A stretch of 64,000 bases of DNA, from positions 32,001 to 96,000 of IMG/VR virus record IMGVR_UViG_3300022872_000001. The stretch is one strand, 5' to 3'. Below the pieces are notes generated by a model, which searched no databases, was not told the origin of the DNA, and saw only the letters and a program-made list of their open reading frames with translations. Position numbers and translations under genes: made by a program. The stretch is from a virus. This document shows, in pieces, positions 45,172 through 53,879 of this stretch. The stretch's first letter is position 1. The number at the start of each line of letters is the position of its first letter.

Positions 45172-45543
45172 ATGGTCACCAAGGAATTCACCATAAGCTT
45201 GGATCTAATCAAAGACATAGGCCGGGGATACAATGACATCCTTACAGAGAGTATAACAATTACCGAAGGTCATCCGGAGGTTATTCGTCACATAGTAAAG
45301 AATGTCGTAAAGGGATATCTTCTAGCTTTGAATGCCAGTAACTTCCTGATTGATCAATTAACGGTTGATACGGCTATTCTTAACGTTGAAGGTGCCCTTG
45401 TCAGTTTCTTGCCTACCTTACTAGATACCATGACCATCCGCATTGTATGTAATAATCCTCCCAATGTTTTGGAGAAGAACCTGCTACGCTTATACGCGTA
45501 TTTTAGCTATGGTGACCAACCTTATGCAATCTATTTCAAATAG
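45172..45543 (+). CDS. hypothetical protein
   Basis: AGGA SD, start MVTKEF. Confidence 0.6.
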   Translation: MVTKEFTISLDLIKDIGRGYNDILTESITITEGHPEVIRHIVKNVVKGYLLALNASNFLIDQLTVDTAILNVEGALVSFLPTLLDTMTIRIVCNNPPNVLEKNLLRLYAYFSYGDQPYAIYFK

Positions 45544-45555
45544 GCCTTTTCGAAA

Positions 45556-46437
45556 ATGTTAACCTCTCAGAGAGTAGTTAATCCGAACTCCCTAAAATTT
45601 CATCCGTATGATGATACCGATCTTGTTGAACTGCGCAATCAGGTAATTAGTAGTTCTAAGCTCCTTGTTGATTCTCAATTGTTTAGTGAGGAGCACTCAT
45701 TTGATGATCTTCTGGAAAAGATCTTTAAGTTTAAAGGCTCGACCGATGCGCAGGTACAGGAAAAGGTTGATAAGTTATTTCAGTTTTCAAAATTGCCTTT
45801 CGACCCTTTTGTTATTGAGCATGAGAAGGGATTATTTGTATTAACGAATTCCGATAAGGGCATCAAATTTAAAGCTATCCATTCAGATGGTTCAGTTCAT
45901 CCTTTTGGCGCTTCTTTAGACAGGATTGTTCGGGAGAACAGTAAGCTTTCTCTAAATGCGCACAGTATATGTTCTCCTAGATATGAACTGCATGTTCGTA
46001 ATTCCTATGCAGCTCATATAAATGGTACATTCCAAAAGTGTTCTAAAAACACCGAGGGTGCGCGTTCCTTACACGATTGCGAGGCTCAATGGTCGGTAAT
46101 GTGTCTGGTGCAGGTAATGTACATTCTGATGCTGTTGAATGCTAAGAATGTAGGAACCACCAAGATAAAGCCTTCAAATAAAGAGTCTCAAAATGTTCCT
46201 AAATTCCTGCGCCCAAAATTTGAATATCATATTCTAAATTTGGATAGGCGCGTTAAGGAATTAAAAACATTAATGGATGTACAAAACTATTTTCTACATA
46301 TCCCTTCAGATCGTAGAATGCATATGGTGCGAGGTCATTTCAAATGTTTGAATGGTAATTTACATTGGTGGTCTCCCCACTTGCGCAATAAGACAGCTAA
46401 TGAGTTCCTGGACAAAGATTACAAATTAATTGTATGA
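45556..46437 (+). CDS. hypothetical protein with C-terminal RxHxVRGHF motif
   Basis: RRMHMVRGHFK...WWSPHLR. Confidence 0.75.
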   Translation: MLTSQRVVNPNSLKFHPYDDTDLVELRNQVISSSKLLVDSQLFSEEHSFDDLLEKIFKFKGSTDAQVQEKVDKLFQFSKLPFDPFVIEHEKGLFVLTNSDKGIKFKAIHSDGSVHPFGASLDRIVRENSKLSLNAHSICSPRYELHVRNSYAAHINGTFQKCSKNTEGARSLHDCEAQWSVMCLVQVMYILMLLNAKNVGTTKIKPSNKESQNVPKFLRPKFEYHILNLDRRVKELKTLMDVQNYFLHIPSDRRMHMVRGHFKCLNGNLHWWSPHLRNKTANEFLDKDYKLIV

Positions 46438-46446
46438 AAGATTTTC

Positions 46447-46683
46447 ATGACCTATAAAATCTTTTTCGCCGATACGATAGAAGAACTAGAAGCTATCGTA
46501 AATCAGAAACGCACAGAAGGGTGGAACTACGTAGGTGGTCCTGCTATTGTTCCTTCTCGCGCATTTGCTGTAGGTGCTTTAAAGGATATTAGAGATGACG
46601 TTGTTCTAAACCTTCAAGACTATAGCTATAAATTAACGTTCATGCAAGCCATGGACGATAAACCTATTGAACCTCAAAACTAA
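46447..46683 (+). CDS. small hypothetical protein
   Basis: GWNYVGGP...FMQAM pattern. Confidence 0.7.
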   Translation: MTYKIFFADTIEELEAIVNQKRTEGWNYVGGPAIVPSRAFAVGALKDIRDDVVLNLQDYSYKLTFMQAMDDKPIEPQN

Positions 46684-46693
46684 GGAGTATTAA

Positions 46694-46996
46694 ATGATTA
46701 CAACCGATCAAATTCGAATTATTGAAGTTCTTGATAACAATATCTGGGTGCAGGCTCAGTTGGTTCAAATGGAGGCGGGGGATATTTTCCGTATGACAGA
46801 ACCTGATGGTACACGTCTGACTTGCGCTCTACCTGACGGAAGCACTACCGAATTATTCCAGGCTACTTCTCAGGCACAGATTGGTTGTGAACCGTTCGTT
46901 CTAGGAGGTTTGCCATCTGCACCACCTTCAACAGATCAAGCACCTATTGACGGCCTTTCCTCGGGAGCTGATAATGCCCCTATCTCGGGAAGTTAA
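46694..46996 (+). CDS. hypothetical protein
   Basis: AAGGAG SD; GDIFRMTEPDG. Confidence 0.7.
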   Translation: MITTDQIRIIEVLDNNIWVQAQLVQMEAGDIFRMTEPDGTRLTCALPDGSTTELFQATSQAQIGCEPFVLGGLPSAPPSTDQAPIDGLSSGADNAPISGS

Positions 46997-47258
46997 AATC
47001 TTCTATGCGTTTCTGCTAAAGGAAGATGAAAGTACAAGTTCTTATGTAACCTCTGCAACTGCCACTATTTGCAAGGCAACTCGATTAGCTATAGATGCAA
47101 ATGGTAAGTGCCATGCTTTTAACAAACGTCCAGCCTTTGATGGTAAAGCATGGCAGCCTGCGAATCGTCATAAGGTATTTGTATTTACTCTTCCTAAGCA
47201 GGTTCCTTTCGTAGCTGCCGATACGCAATTCCAGTTTAGGAAGCAGGCTAATAAATGA
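46974..47258 (+). CDS. hypothetical protein
   Basis: GGAG SD; AIDANGKCHAFNKRP. Confidence 0.65.
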   Translation: MPLSREVKIFYAFLLKEDESTSSYVTSATATICKATRLAIDANGKCHAFNKRPAFDGKAWQPANRHKVFVFTLPKQVPFVAADTQFQFRKQANK

Positions 47259-47285
47259 CGCTATCCTGCCTACAGGGATTAAGAT

Positions 47286-47534
47286 ATGAAAATAGAACAG
47301 GTAATCAATGTTGAATGTAAGATTTTCGATACCTGGGTTCCATGCACGTGGAACCAACTGGAGTACGGAGACTTATTCCGTATTAAAGATTCATTTGGCA
47401 TGCCTGTTCTTCACAATGGTAGAGACGAACTAATATTTGTTTCGCAAACAATCATTGTAGACTATCCTAAGTCCGAACGTACACTATGGCACCGTATCAA
47501 ATCCTTCTTTACTCCTAAAACAATTCTCCTTTAA
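47286..47534 (+). CDS. hypothetical protein, probable paralog of 46694
   Basis: WVPCTWNQLEYGDLFRIKD vs WVQAQLVQMEAGDIFRMTE. Confidence 0.7.
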   Translation: MKIEQVINVECKIFDTWVPCTWNQLEYGDLFRIKDSFGMPVLHNGRDELIFVSQTIIVDYPKSERTLWHRIKSFFTPKTILL

Positions 47535-47544
47535 GGATTTTCAA

Positions 47545-48138
47545 ATGGCTGCAAAATTGATTGCCTTCTCCGGTGCGCACTCTACGGGTAAAACGTCTAC
47601 ACTTGATGCTATTAAGGCTGCGAATATATTCGATATCTACGTGGATGACTTCAAGGCTAGTCGGCAAGCTCAGGCAGAACTCGGCATGGAATTATCGGAT
47701 ATCATTGCTGATCCGAAACTGATGCGTGAATTTCAAACACGGATTTTGTATTCCAAATGGGAGCACGAGAAGGAATTGATTAAATCCCGGGAAGGTATCA
47801 TTCTGGTAGATCGTTCTCCAGCTGATATCTACGCGTATACGTATATGTGGAATGAGCAGCATCCAAATTTGACGTGGTTTGAGCCTTATGAGTTACGTCT
47901 CACCGTTATGATTCAGGAATATGCCTTCATTGTTGATTTTCCCATTATCGATGAAGTTCCCTTTGTTGAGGAATCTGGAAGAGCTACCTTGGAAACTCGT
48001 GCCCGGCATTCTCGCCTAACTACAGGATTCCTAAAACTTCGAGCACCCAATTCCCATCACAGGCTGAGCGCTGTATCTATAGACGAAAGAGTCACTGAGA
48101 TTGTTACCTTGGCTAATATCCTTCAAGTTGCAGCTTAA
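47545..48138 (+). CDS. P-loop nucleotide kinase (AAA_28 / dNMP-kinase-like)
   Basis: FSGAHSTGKTS, LVDRSPAD. Confidence 0.8.
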   Translation: MAAKLIAFSGAHSTGKTSTLDAIKAANIFDIYVDDFKASRQAQAELGMELSDIIADPKLMREFQTRILYSKWEHEKELIKSREGIILVDRSPADIYAYTYMWNEQHPNLTWFEPYELRLTVMIQEYAFIVDFPIIDEVPFVEESGRATLETRARHSRLTTGFLKLRAPNSHHRLSAVSIDERVTEIVTLANILQVAA

Positions 48139-48141
48139 ATT

Positions 48142-48474
48142 ATGGCTGATCTCCTTCAAGACAAATTCAACGTATTGGATAAACGAGTTAAGGAATTGGA
48201 AGTCCAGCTATCCCTGGCCCGTTCGGAAGTTGTTATGTACCGCAGGCAATTGGGCGATTTATTTCCTATAGACATAACCGTACTAAAGGTGGATTCCCAG
48301 GAGCTCCTGGAGGACATTGAAACCTTGCAGGACGCTTTGAGTAATACTGCGAAGAATATGTACATCGATGCAGGTAATATGGTAGGTCTAATTTCTGGCA
48401 AACATCGTAAGTTTCGTTTCTCCTCGCAACAAGCCAAGATTTTTAACGGCATAGTTATAATGGAAGACCTGTAA
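48142..48474 (+). CDS. hypothetical protein
   Basis: ORF in run. Confidence 0.65.
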   Translation: MADLLQDKFNVLDKRVKELEVQLSLARSEVVMYRRQLGDLFPIDITVLKVDSQELLEDIETLQDALSNTAKNMYIDAGNMVGLISGKHRKFRFSSQQAKIFNGIVIMEDL

Positions 48475-48511
48475 CAGTCTCAGGTATAAGTTGGCATTCT
48501 AGGAGAATAGA

Positions 48512-48925
48512 TTGGTAAAAGGCACTCTTTTTAATATCAACATGAATCTCTGTTCCAATCTTTTGATGGACATATGCGAGATGATAACGAACACTCGCAG
48601 GAAGATGCTTGTAGAAAAGGCAGTGGAACCGTGGGTCGATGAAATCTTTACCAACATATGTGATGAGTATATCCGAATACTGGCATCCTGCCTACTAAAG
48701 AACATTCCAACGGATATAATCCAAGGTGCCATAGAATCCAAGGTACGCTCTGCTGTTATCCGAACTCTTCTAAAGAATGACATTAAGATTCAGTACGAAA
48801 AGATTGTGGTAGTATGCGATAACTCCTTGATGACAAAACAGGATATAGAGGAGGATTATTATCTGTTCACAGCAGAATTCGCCGCAGGTCCTTCCTACTA
48901 TAGTATCAACTTCCGAAGGAAATAA
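48512..48925 (+). CDS. hypothetical protein (start uncertain)
   Basis: ORF in run. Confidence 0.55.
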   Translation: MVKGTLFNINMNLCSNLLMDICEMITNTRRKMLVEKAVEPWVDEIFTNICDEYIRILASCLLKNIPTDIIQGAIESKVRSAVIRTLLKNDIKIQYEKIVVVCDNSLMTKQDIEEDYYLFTAEFAAGPSYYSINFRRK

Positions 48926-48943
48926 TGATCCATATAACCTATC

Positions 48944-49378
48944 ATGCCAAAGTCTAAGAACAAACGCAAACAAGGCAGACCGGCCGCACCTCCCCGCATT
49001 CCTATTCTGTTAAGAATTAATCAGGAAACAAATGCAGGTATGAGTGCTCTTATAGGCTACGCAGAATTCACCAAACTAGAGCAGCGTGTACCTGATGAAG
49101 GTACCTGGCATCGTCTAGCCTTGCGCTTGAATATCGGTTCCCGCCTGTCTCTTATTTTCAATGATCCCATAATTAGTGAAGACATGCTGAAAAGTTTGGA
49201 CATGCTAATAAAGGTACATGAACGCTTTACCCGTACAGGCATTATGGTTGCAGGAGATCCTGAACTGCAGGTAATTCACCAAGGCCTCCGGTATGTAGAG
49301 GCTCTGCAGGCTAGGTGTACCGCCCGTGAAATTCAGGAAGCCTACAATTATGTATTAAAGCACGCAGCCACTACGTAG
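48944..49378 (+). CDS. hypothetical protein
   Basis: Basic N-terminus; TWHRLALRLNIG. Confidence 0.7.
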   Translation: MPKSKNKRKQGRPAAPPRIPILLRINQETNAGMSALIGYAEFTKLEQRVPDEGTWHRLALRLNIGSRLSLIFNDPIISEDMLKSLDMLIKVHERFTRTGIMVAGDPELQVIHQGLRYVEALQARCTAREIQEAYNYVLKHAATT

Positions 49379-49410
49379 AATTTCATGTGTGATCTACCTA
49401 GGAGTCAATA

Positions 49411-49857
49411 ATGGCAACGAAGAAACCTGCAGTCAAGAATCAAGGGATGACCTTATCCCAATTAGCGGCTCGAACCACCATGGATCGGATTGAAAGATCT
49501 CGATACGTTAAGCTCCTGAAGACCAAAATGGGACATGACGCAAATGGTTATGGTTTCATAGCCGCGCAAACTACGACTACAAAAGTTGTAGACCAATCTG
49601 GGCGTTTGGTACGTCACGTGGGCAGTAAATATATAACGATGGTAACGTTCTTCGATAAACAATTACATTGCCGCGTTTCTTGCTCCTGCGATGATAATCT
49701 GTTTCGATGGGAGGTTGCGAATACCAAACGCAATGCAGCAGAGATTGAATACTCAAATGGCGAACGTCCCAAGGTTACCAATCCCACCATGAATCCCGGA
49801 CTCTGTAAGCACTTATATGCGCTCTATGTCAGTGTGAGATTTAAACTACCTAAATGA
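49411..49857 (+). CDS. SWIM zinc-finger protein
   Basis: CSC...PGLCKHL. Confidence 0.8.
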   Translation: MATKKPAVKNQGMTLSQLAARTTMDRIERSRYVKLLKTKMGHDANGYGFIAAQTTTTKVVDQSGRLVRHVGSKYITMVTFFDKQLHCRVSCSCDDNLFRWEVANTKRNAAEIEYSNGERPKVTNPTMNPGLCKHLYALYVSVRFKLPK

Positions 49858-49858
49858 G

Positions 49859-50629
49859 TCAAGAAACGTATTCGATGTCAGGAAAGTTCTCTGAGTTTAA
49901 CTGATAGTGCATTGAGCTGCCATTAATTCCCAAATATTTGGCAGCAGAGGTCAGTGTACTAAAAATTTTAGAACCGATCCTGACATTTCTCCCATTCAAT
50001 TCAGTTTGAGCTTTTACCATGCGCTGTTTTGTTTCTTCTGAGAGTTTACGCCCTCTATTGGCTATACTAATCTTTCTACGAGATTCTCTTGACATTACCT
50101 TTAGGCTTGAGCGTTTTCCTATCAAGGCTTTTGTCTCAGCTGAGTGTTTCTTTCCGCGCTTCGCGTTTCCTATGTTTTTTACACCACTCCGGAGTTCTTT
50201 CCATATTCTTCATGAATCTGGACATACGCTTACGCGTCTTTGGTGACATGTTAATTACACCTTCACCACCGTCAGTTAAGTTAGTGAGCGGACCTGTGCC
50301 AAGATCGTAACGACCAATAGTTTTAATTAATTCTTTTTCACGTTTTATAACTTTGGACTTACTCTTTGTAGTAGGTGTGCGTACCACTATCACTTCGTGT
50401 CCTTCTTTCAGTATTTTTCGTATCTTATTGCACTTATGATCCTTGTACACAAAAGAATTTCTATTCGGCGTTGGGCCGCTCGCACATGAATTTCACTCCG
50501 ACTACCTTGACCTAAACCTACGTAGAAAGGTTCGTGGGTAAAATGAGTTTTTGAATCGTATCGAAATTTGGTTTTAGAGGGCTTCCTTGGGTCTAATAGG
50601 GCGTAACAATAATATTGATTTTTAGACAT
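49859..50629 (-). pseudogene. free-standing GIY-YIG-type homing endonuclease with two frameshifts
   Basis: YCYALLDPR...PFYVGLG...H | KIRKILKEG...REKELI..IGR..LGTGPLTNLTDGGEG | RGKKHSAETK, RGRKLSEETKQRM (NUMOD3), HTH; breaks near 50465 and at the A6 run near 50175. Confidence 0.85.
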
Positions 50630-50759
50630 AATGTACTCTCGTAAAGTAATTAACAGTAGATATCAGCTTTGTGATCTAGGTATGGTAGTTACGAGCTACA
50701 TCCAAGGGGATCAGTCCTCATCGTATCACAAGCTGACAAAATTAAATTAAACAAATCTT

Positions 50760-51776
50760 ATGTCTCAAAAACCGTACAGCCATAGTTTTGCTTTTGATAA
50801 AATGAAAAGAACCAAGGAAGAGATAACAGGCAATCTTACGAGCGCCCAGTATCTTCAAACCCTGGATCTTTTCATCTGGAATGCATTATCGCCAATAGCC
50901 GCCGAGTGCCCCTCCTTATTCCTGAATTACCTCGCCAAGGTGATTGCCCGTCAATCGCTTAAGGCTTCTGCAAAATATAGCTCCGACGATAGGACCCAAC
51001 TTCCTATCAGGTTATTTAATACCTTAACTTGCCAAGATCCTACGGTAATGATTAAGAATGCTCGGAAGCTTTATATCAACCGCGGTCTATTGCTAGGGTT
51101 CCTAACCCTATTTCAACGCCGCCTCATTTTCTATTCCAAATTGTGTTCAGGTACCAAACTGCCATATTCAGATCTAAACCGTAAGATACTTATTCTCAAC
51201 ATTGAGCGTTCCATAGGATTACGCGAAGGTGGCATGCTTTATCCTGCCTTAATGGAGGTAGAGTTCTGGGAAAAGAAGGCGCGTAACTTTAAGGCAGCTA
51301 TCGTCCAGAAATACACCAGACTAGCCTTGAATCATGCAAAGGGCGCGTATGAGGATTATTCACACGAAGTTGAGCTGAATGATATCGTGCAGATTTATCT
51401 AATTGTCGTTAACCGTGCCATTGATCGATGTGATTCTCGCCAAGGCGTTCTCACCATCTTCCTTACGAATTGGTTTAAATCTGCAAGGTCCGCAGTAGCT
51501 GAAATGGCTAAGGAGCAGAGACATCAATCCTACGAAGCTCTTACCGAGGAGTTAGGTGATTCAATCCATGAAGCTATTGGTGTCACTCTTCCTGACCTCG
51601 AATGGGAACTACAGCAACATATCGCCTATGTATCCAAGAATATTGATAAAACAGGATTGGTGCGTATTGCTTTAGGCATAAATGAATTTATTACCAAACC
51701 TCAGCAGGCTATACTGCACATGATGGCTTTGGAAACAGACCCTGATATGTACGAAACTCAGGAAACTTCCATATAA
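50760..51776 (+). CDS. divergent sigma70-family RNA polymerase sigma factor
   Basis: IVQKYTRLALNHAK...LNDIVQIYLIVVNRAIDRCDSRQGVLTIFLTNWFK resembles region 2 (DLIQEG..GL..AVD.FD..RG..FSTYA.WWI). Confidence 0.7.
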   Translation: MSQKPYSHSFAFDKMKRTKEEITGNLTSAQYLQTLDLFIWNALSPIAAECPSLFLNYLAKVIARQSLKASAKYSSDDRTQLPIRLFNTLTCQDPTVMIKNARKLYINRGLLLGFLTLFQRRLIFYSKLCSGTKLPYSDLNRKILILNIERSIGLREGGMLYPALMEVEFWEKKARNFKAAIVQKYTRLALNHAKGAYEDYSHEVELNDIVQIYLIVVNRAIDRCDSRQGVLTIFLTNWFKSARSAVAEMAKEQRHQSYEALTEELGDSIHEAIGVTLPDLEWELQQHIAYVSKNIDKTGLVRIALGINEFITKPQQAILHMMALETDPDMYETQETSI

Positions 51777-51785
51777 GGACATCTT

Positions 51786-52250
51786 ATGGTAAATCAAAAA
51801 GTTGAGGAACTCCGGGAGAAACAACGCGTTCAATCAATCGCCTCCCTAAACGTCCTTGTTGATGCCTTAAAATCTACGGTAAGTGACTACCTTATTCGTG
51901 CAGGTCAGGCAGAGGAACTTGCTGGTGTTTTGCTTAATGAGAAACTTACACCGGAGCAGTTATTCGAATTGGCTAGTATCACCATAGGCAAGCATGTTAG
52001 AGACAAAGCGAACGAACGCGCTGTTCACCAACAACAGATATTGCAGACCACTTCGCTTGCAGTAAATAATGTACAACAAATGCTAATTATGTCCGATGAA
52101 CACCTGGATATAATTAAGATTCGTAGTGCAGTAAATATCATAGTACAAGGGTTAGCAACAGCCCTAGGCAATATGAAACACTTTGAGAAGGCAGTGAAGC
52201 TTCCAAGGTCCGATCAACAATCAACGCAATCAACAACGGAGAATTCCTGA
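51786..52250 (+). CDS. hypothetical helical protein
   Basis: AAGGA SD. Confidence 0.75.
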   Translation: MVNQKVEELREKQRVQSIASLNVLVDALKSTVSDYLIRAGQAEELAGVLLNEKLTPEQLFELASITIGKHVRDKANERAVHQQQILQTTSLAVNNVQQMLIMSDEHLDIIKIRSAVNIIVQGLATALGNMKHFEKAVKLPRSDQQSTQSTTENS

Positions 52251-53797
52251 TGGGACAACAAGGGACGAGCCTAGAAGAGATGCGGGGTCCAGGTGGTAAG
52301 GATAAACCTCGCGTTGAAGATCAGGTTCAACTGTACAAATTCCCCAAGCAGAAATATGTGGAAGTTCGAATCTTCGGACCTGTATTCACATACGGTGGCT
52401 TTTGGGTGAACACCACACGCAAGGATGGCAAATCGAAGACCCAGTTCTTCGTCAACGCTCCTTCTTACGACCCAAAGACTCAGACACTTGATAGCTCGGT
52501 GTATGATCCTTGGCGTGATCTGTATGAACAACAGAAGGATTTGCCAAAGGAAGAACGGCAAGTTTCTTTCACAGTAAATGCGTATGTGAATGCAATTCAT
52601 CGGGCGACTCAAAAACAGGCTCCTAAGCATATGCCTAAGCCTACAAAGGCTGAACGCAAGTCTGGTTTTAAGGACAAAGATTCTGATTCATATACGCCGG
52701 TGGTGGCTCTTCGTTTACCATCTAGCGCAATTACCAAGCTCAAAGAGCAAGGTGCTTTGAATGTGCGTACAAAGAAAGGTGAAACTAAAACATATCCTTT
52801 GACGCACGAAAAATATGGCTGCAATGTTCGCGTTAAGTACGATGAAGAAAAATCCCCTGCGGATCGTTATTCGGTAGTTATCGGGGACAAGGCGGCCTTG
52901 ACTGAAAAAGAGTTGGAACTCTTGAAATGGGATTTATCGAATCTCGTTGAAAAGGAAACCGACGAAGAAGTGAAACGCAATTTTGAATCCTGGGCTAAAC
53001 GTAACGGAGTAGATATGGCAACCAAAGCAAAGAAACGCAAATCAGAAGAAGTTGAATTGGACGAAGATGAGGATGAGGACGAAGAAGAGACCTCCTCCAG
53101 CAAAAAGAAGGGTAAGGGCAAGAAAGCTGCCAAGTCCAAGAAGAAAGGTAAGTCCCGTGATGAGGACGACGAAGAAGATGAGGACGACGATGAGGACCTT
53201 GACGAGGACGAGGACGACGAGGATGAGCCTAAGAAGTCCAAAGGTAAAGCCAAGGCTAAATCTAAGTCCAAGGGCAAGAAATCTTCCAGTTCTGATGAGG
53301 ATGAGGATGAAGATGAAGATGAAGATGAGGACGACCTCGATGACGACGAGGACGATGAGGATGACGACGAGGACGACGAGGACGATGAGCCTAAGAAAAA
53401 AGGCAAGTCCAAGGTAAAGGCTAAGTCCAAGGGCAAGAAATCCAAGTCTGAAGATGAAGATGAAGATGAGGACGACGAGGACGAGGACGACGACGAGGAT
53501 GATCTCGATGAGGATGATGAGGATGATGAAGATGAGGATGATGAAGATGAGGATGATGAGCCTAAGAAAAAAGGCAAGTCCAAGTCCAAGGTAAAGGCTA
53601 AGTCCAAGAAATCTTCCAAGTCGGACGACGAGGACGAAGATGAGGACGAAGATGAGGACGAAGATGAGGATGACCTCGATGAGGATGAGGATGACGAAGA
53701 TGAGGATGAGGATGATGAGCCTAAGAAAAAAGGCAAGTCCAAGGTGAAAGCTAAATCCAAACCTGAAAAGAAAGCCGCAAAGAAGAAAAAGAAGTAA
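52250..53797 (+). CDS. putative single-stranded DNA-binding protein with long acidic/basic block tail
   Basis: ~260-aa folded N-terminal domain directly upstream of recA, then alternating D/E and K blocks; the SSB identity is inferred from context. Confidence 0.6.
   Translation: MGQQGTSLEEMRGPGGKDKPRVEDQVQLYKFPKQKYVEVRIFGPVFTYGGFWVNTTRKDGKSKTQFFVNAPSYDPKTQTLDSSVYDPWRDLYEQQKDLPKEERQVSFTVNAYVNAIHRATQKQAPKHMPKPTKAERKSGFKDKDSDSYTPVVALRLPSSAITKLKEQGALNVRTKKGETKTYPLTHEKYGCNVRVKYDEEKSPADRYSVVIGDKAALTEKELELLKWDLSNLVEKETDEEVKRNFESWAKRNGVDMATKAKKRKSEEVELDEDEDEDEEETSSSKKKGKGKKAAKSKKKGKSRDEDDEEDEDDDEDLDEDEDDEDEPKKSKGKAKAKSKSKGKKSSSSDEDEDEDEDEDEDDLDDDEDDEDDDEDDEDDEPKKKGKSKVKAKSKGKKSKSEDEDEDEDDEDEDDDEDDLDEDDEDDEDEDDEDEDDEPKKKGKSKSKVKAKSKKSSKSDDEDEDEDEDEDEDEDDLDEDEDDEDEDEDDEPKKKGKSKVKAKSKPEKKAAKKKKK
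53050..53795 (+). repeat. imperfect tandem repeat encoding D/E blocks and PKKKGKSKVKAKSK blocks
   Basis: GATGAGCCTAAGAAAAAAGGCAAGTCCAAG exact at 53384, 53555, 53714. Confidence 0.95.
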
Positions 53798-53825
53798 CCT
53801 GTTCGGCTGAATAGGTGTAGTCACG

Positions 53826-53860
53826 ACCCAGCCCTGATGGAAATCTCGGCTGGGTTTTTC
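53826..53860 (+). terminator. intrinsic terminator
   Basis: ACCCAGCC...GGCTGGGT followed by TTTTC. Confidence 0.75.
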
Positions 53861-53879
53861 GTTTCCACTGGAGTAATTA

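Noticed and set aside
50663-50736. Hammerhead ribozyme on the minus strand
   Set aside because: ACGATGAG only approximates CUGAUGA, and the GAAA core is missing
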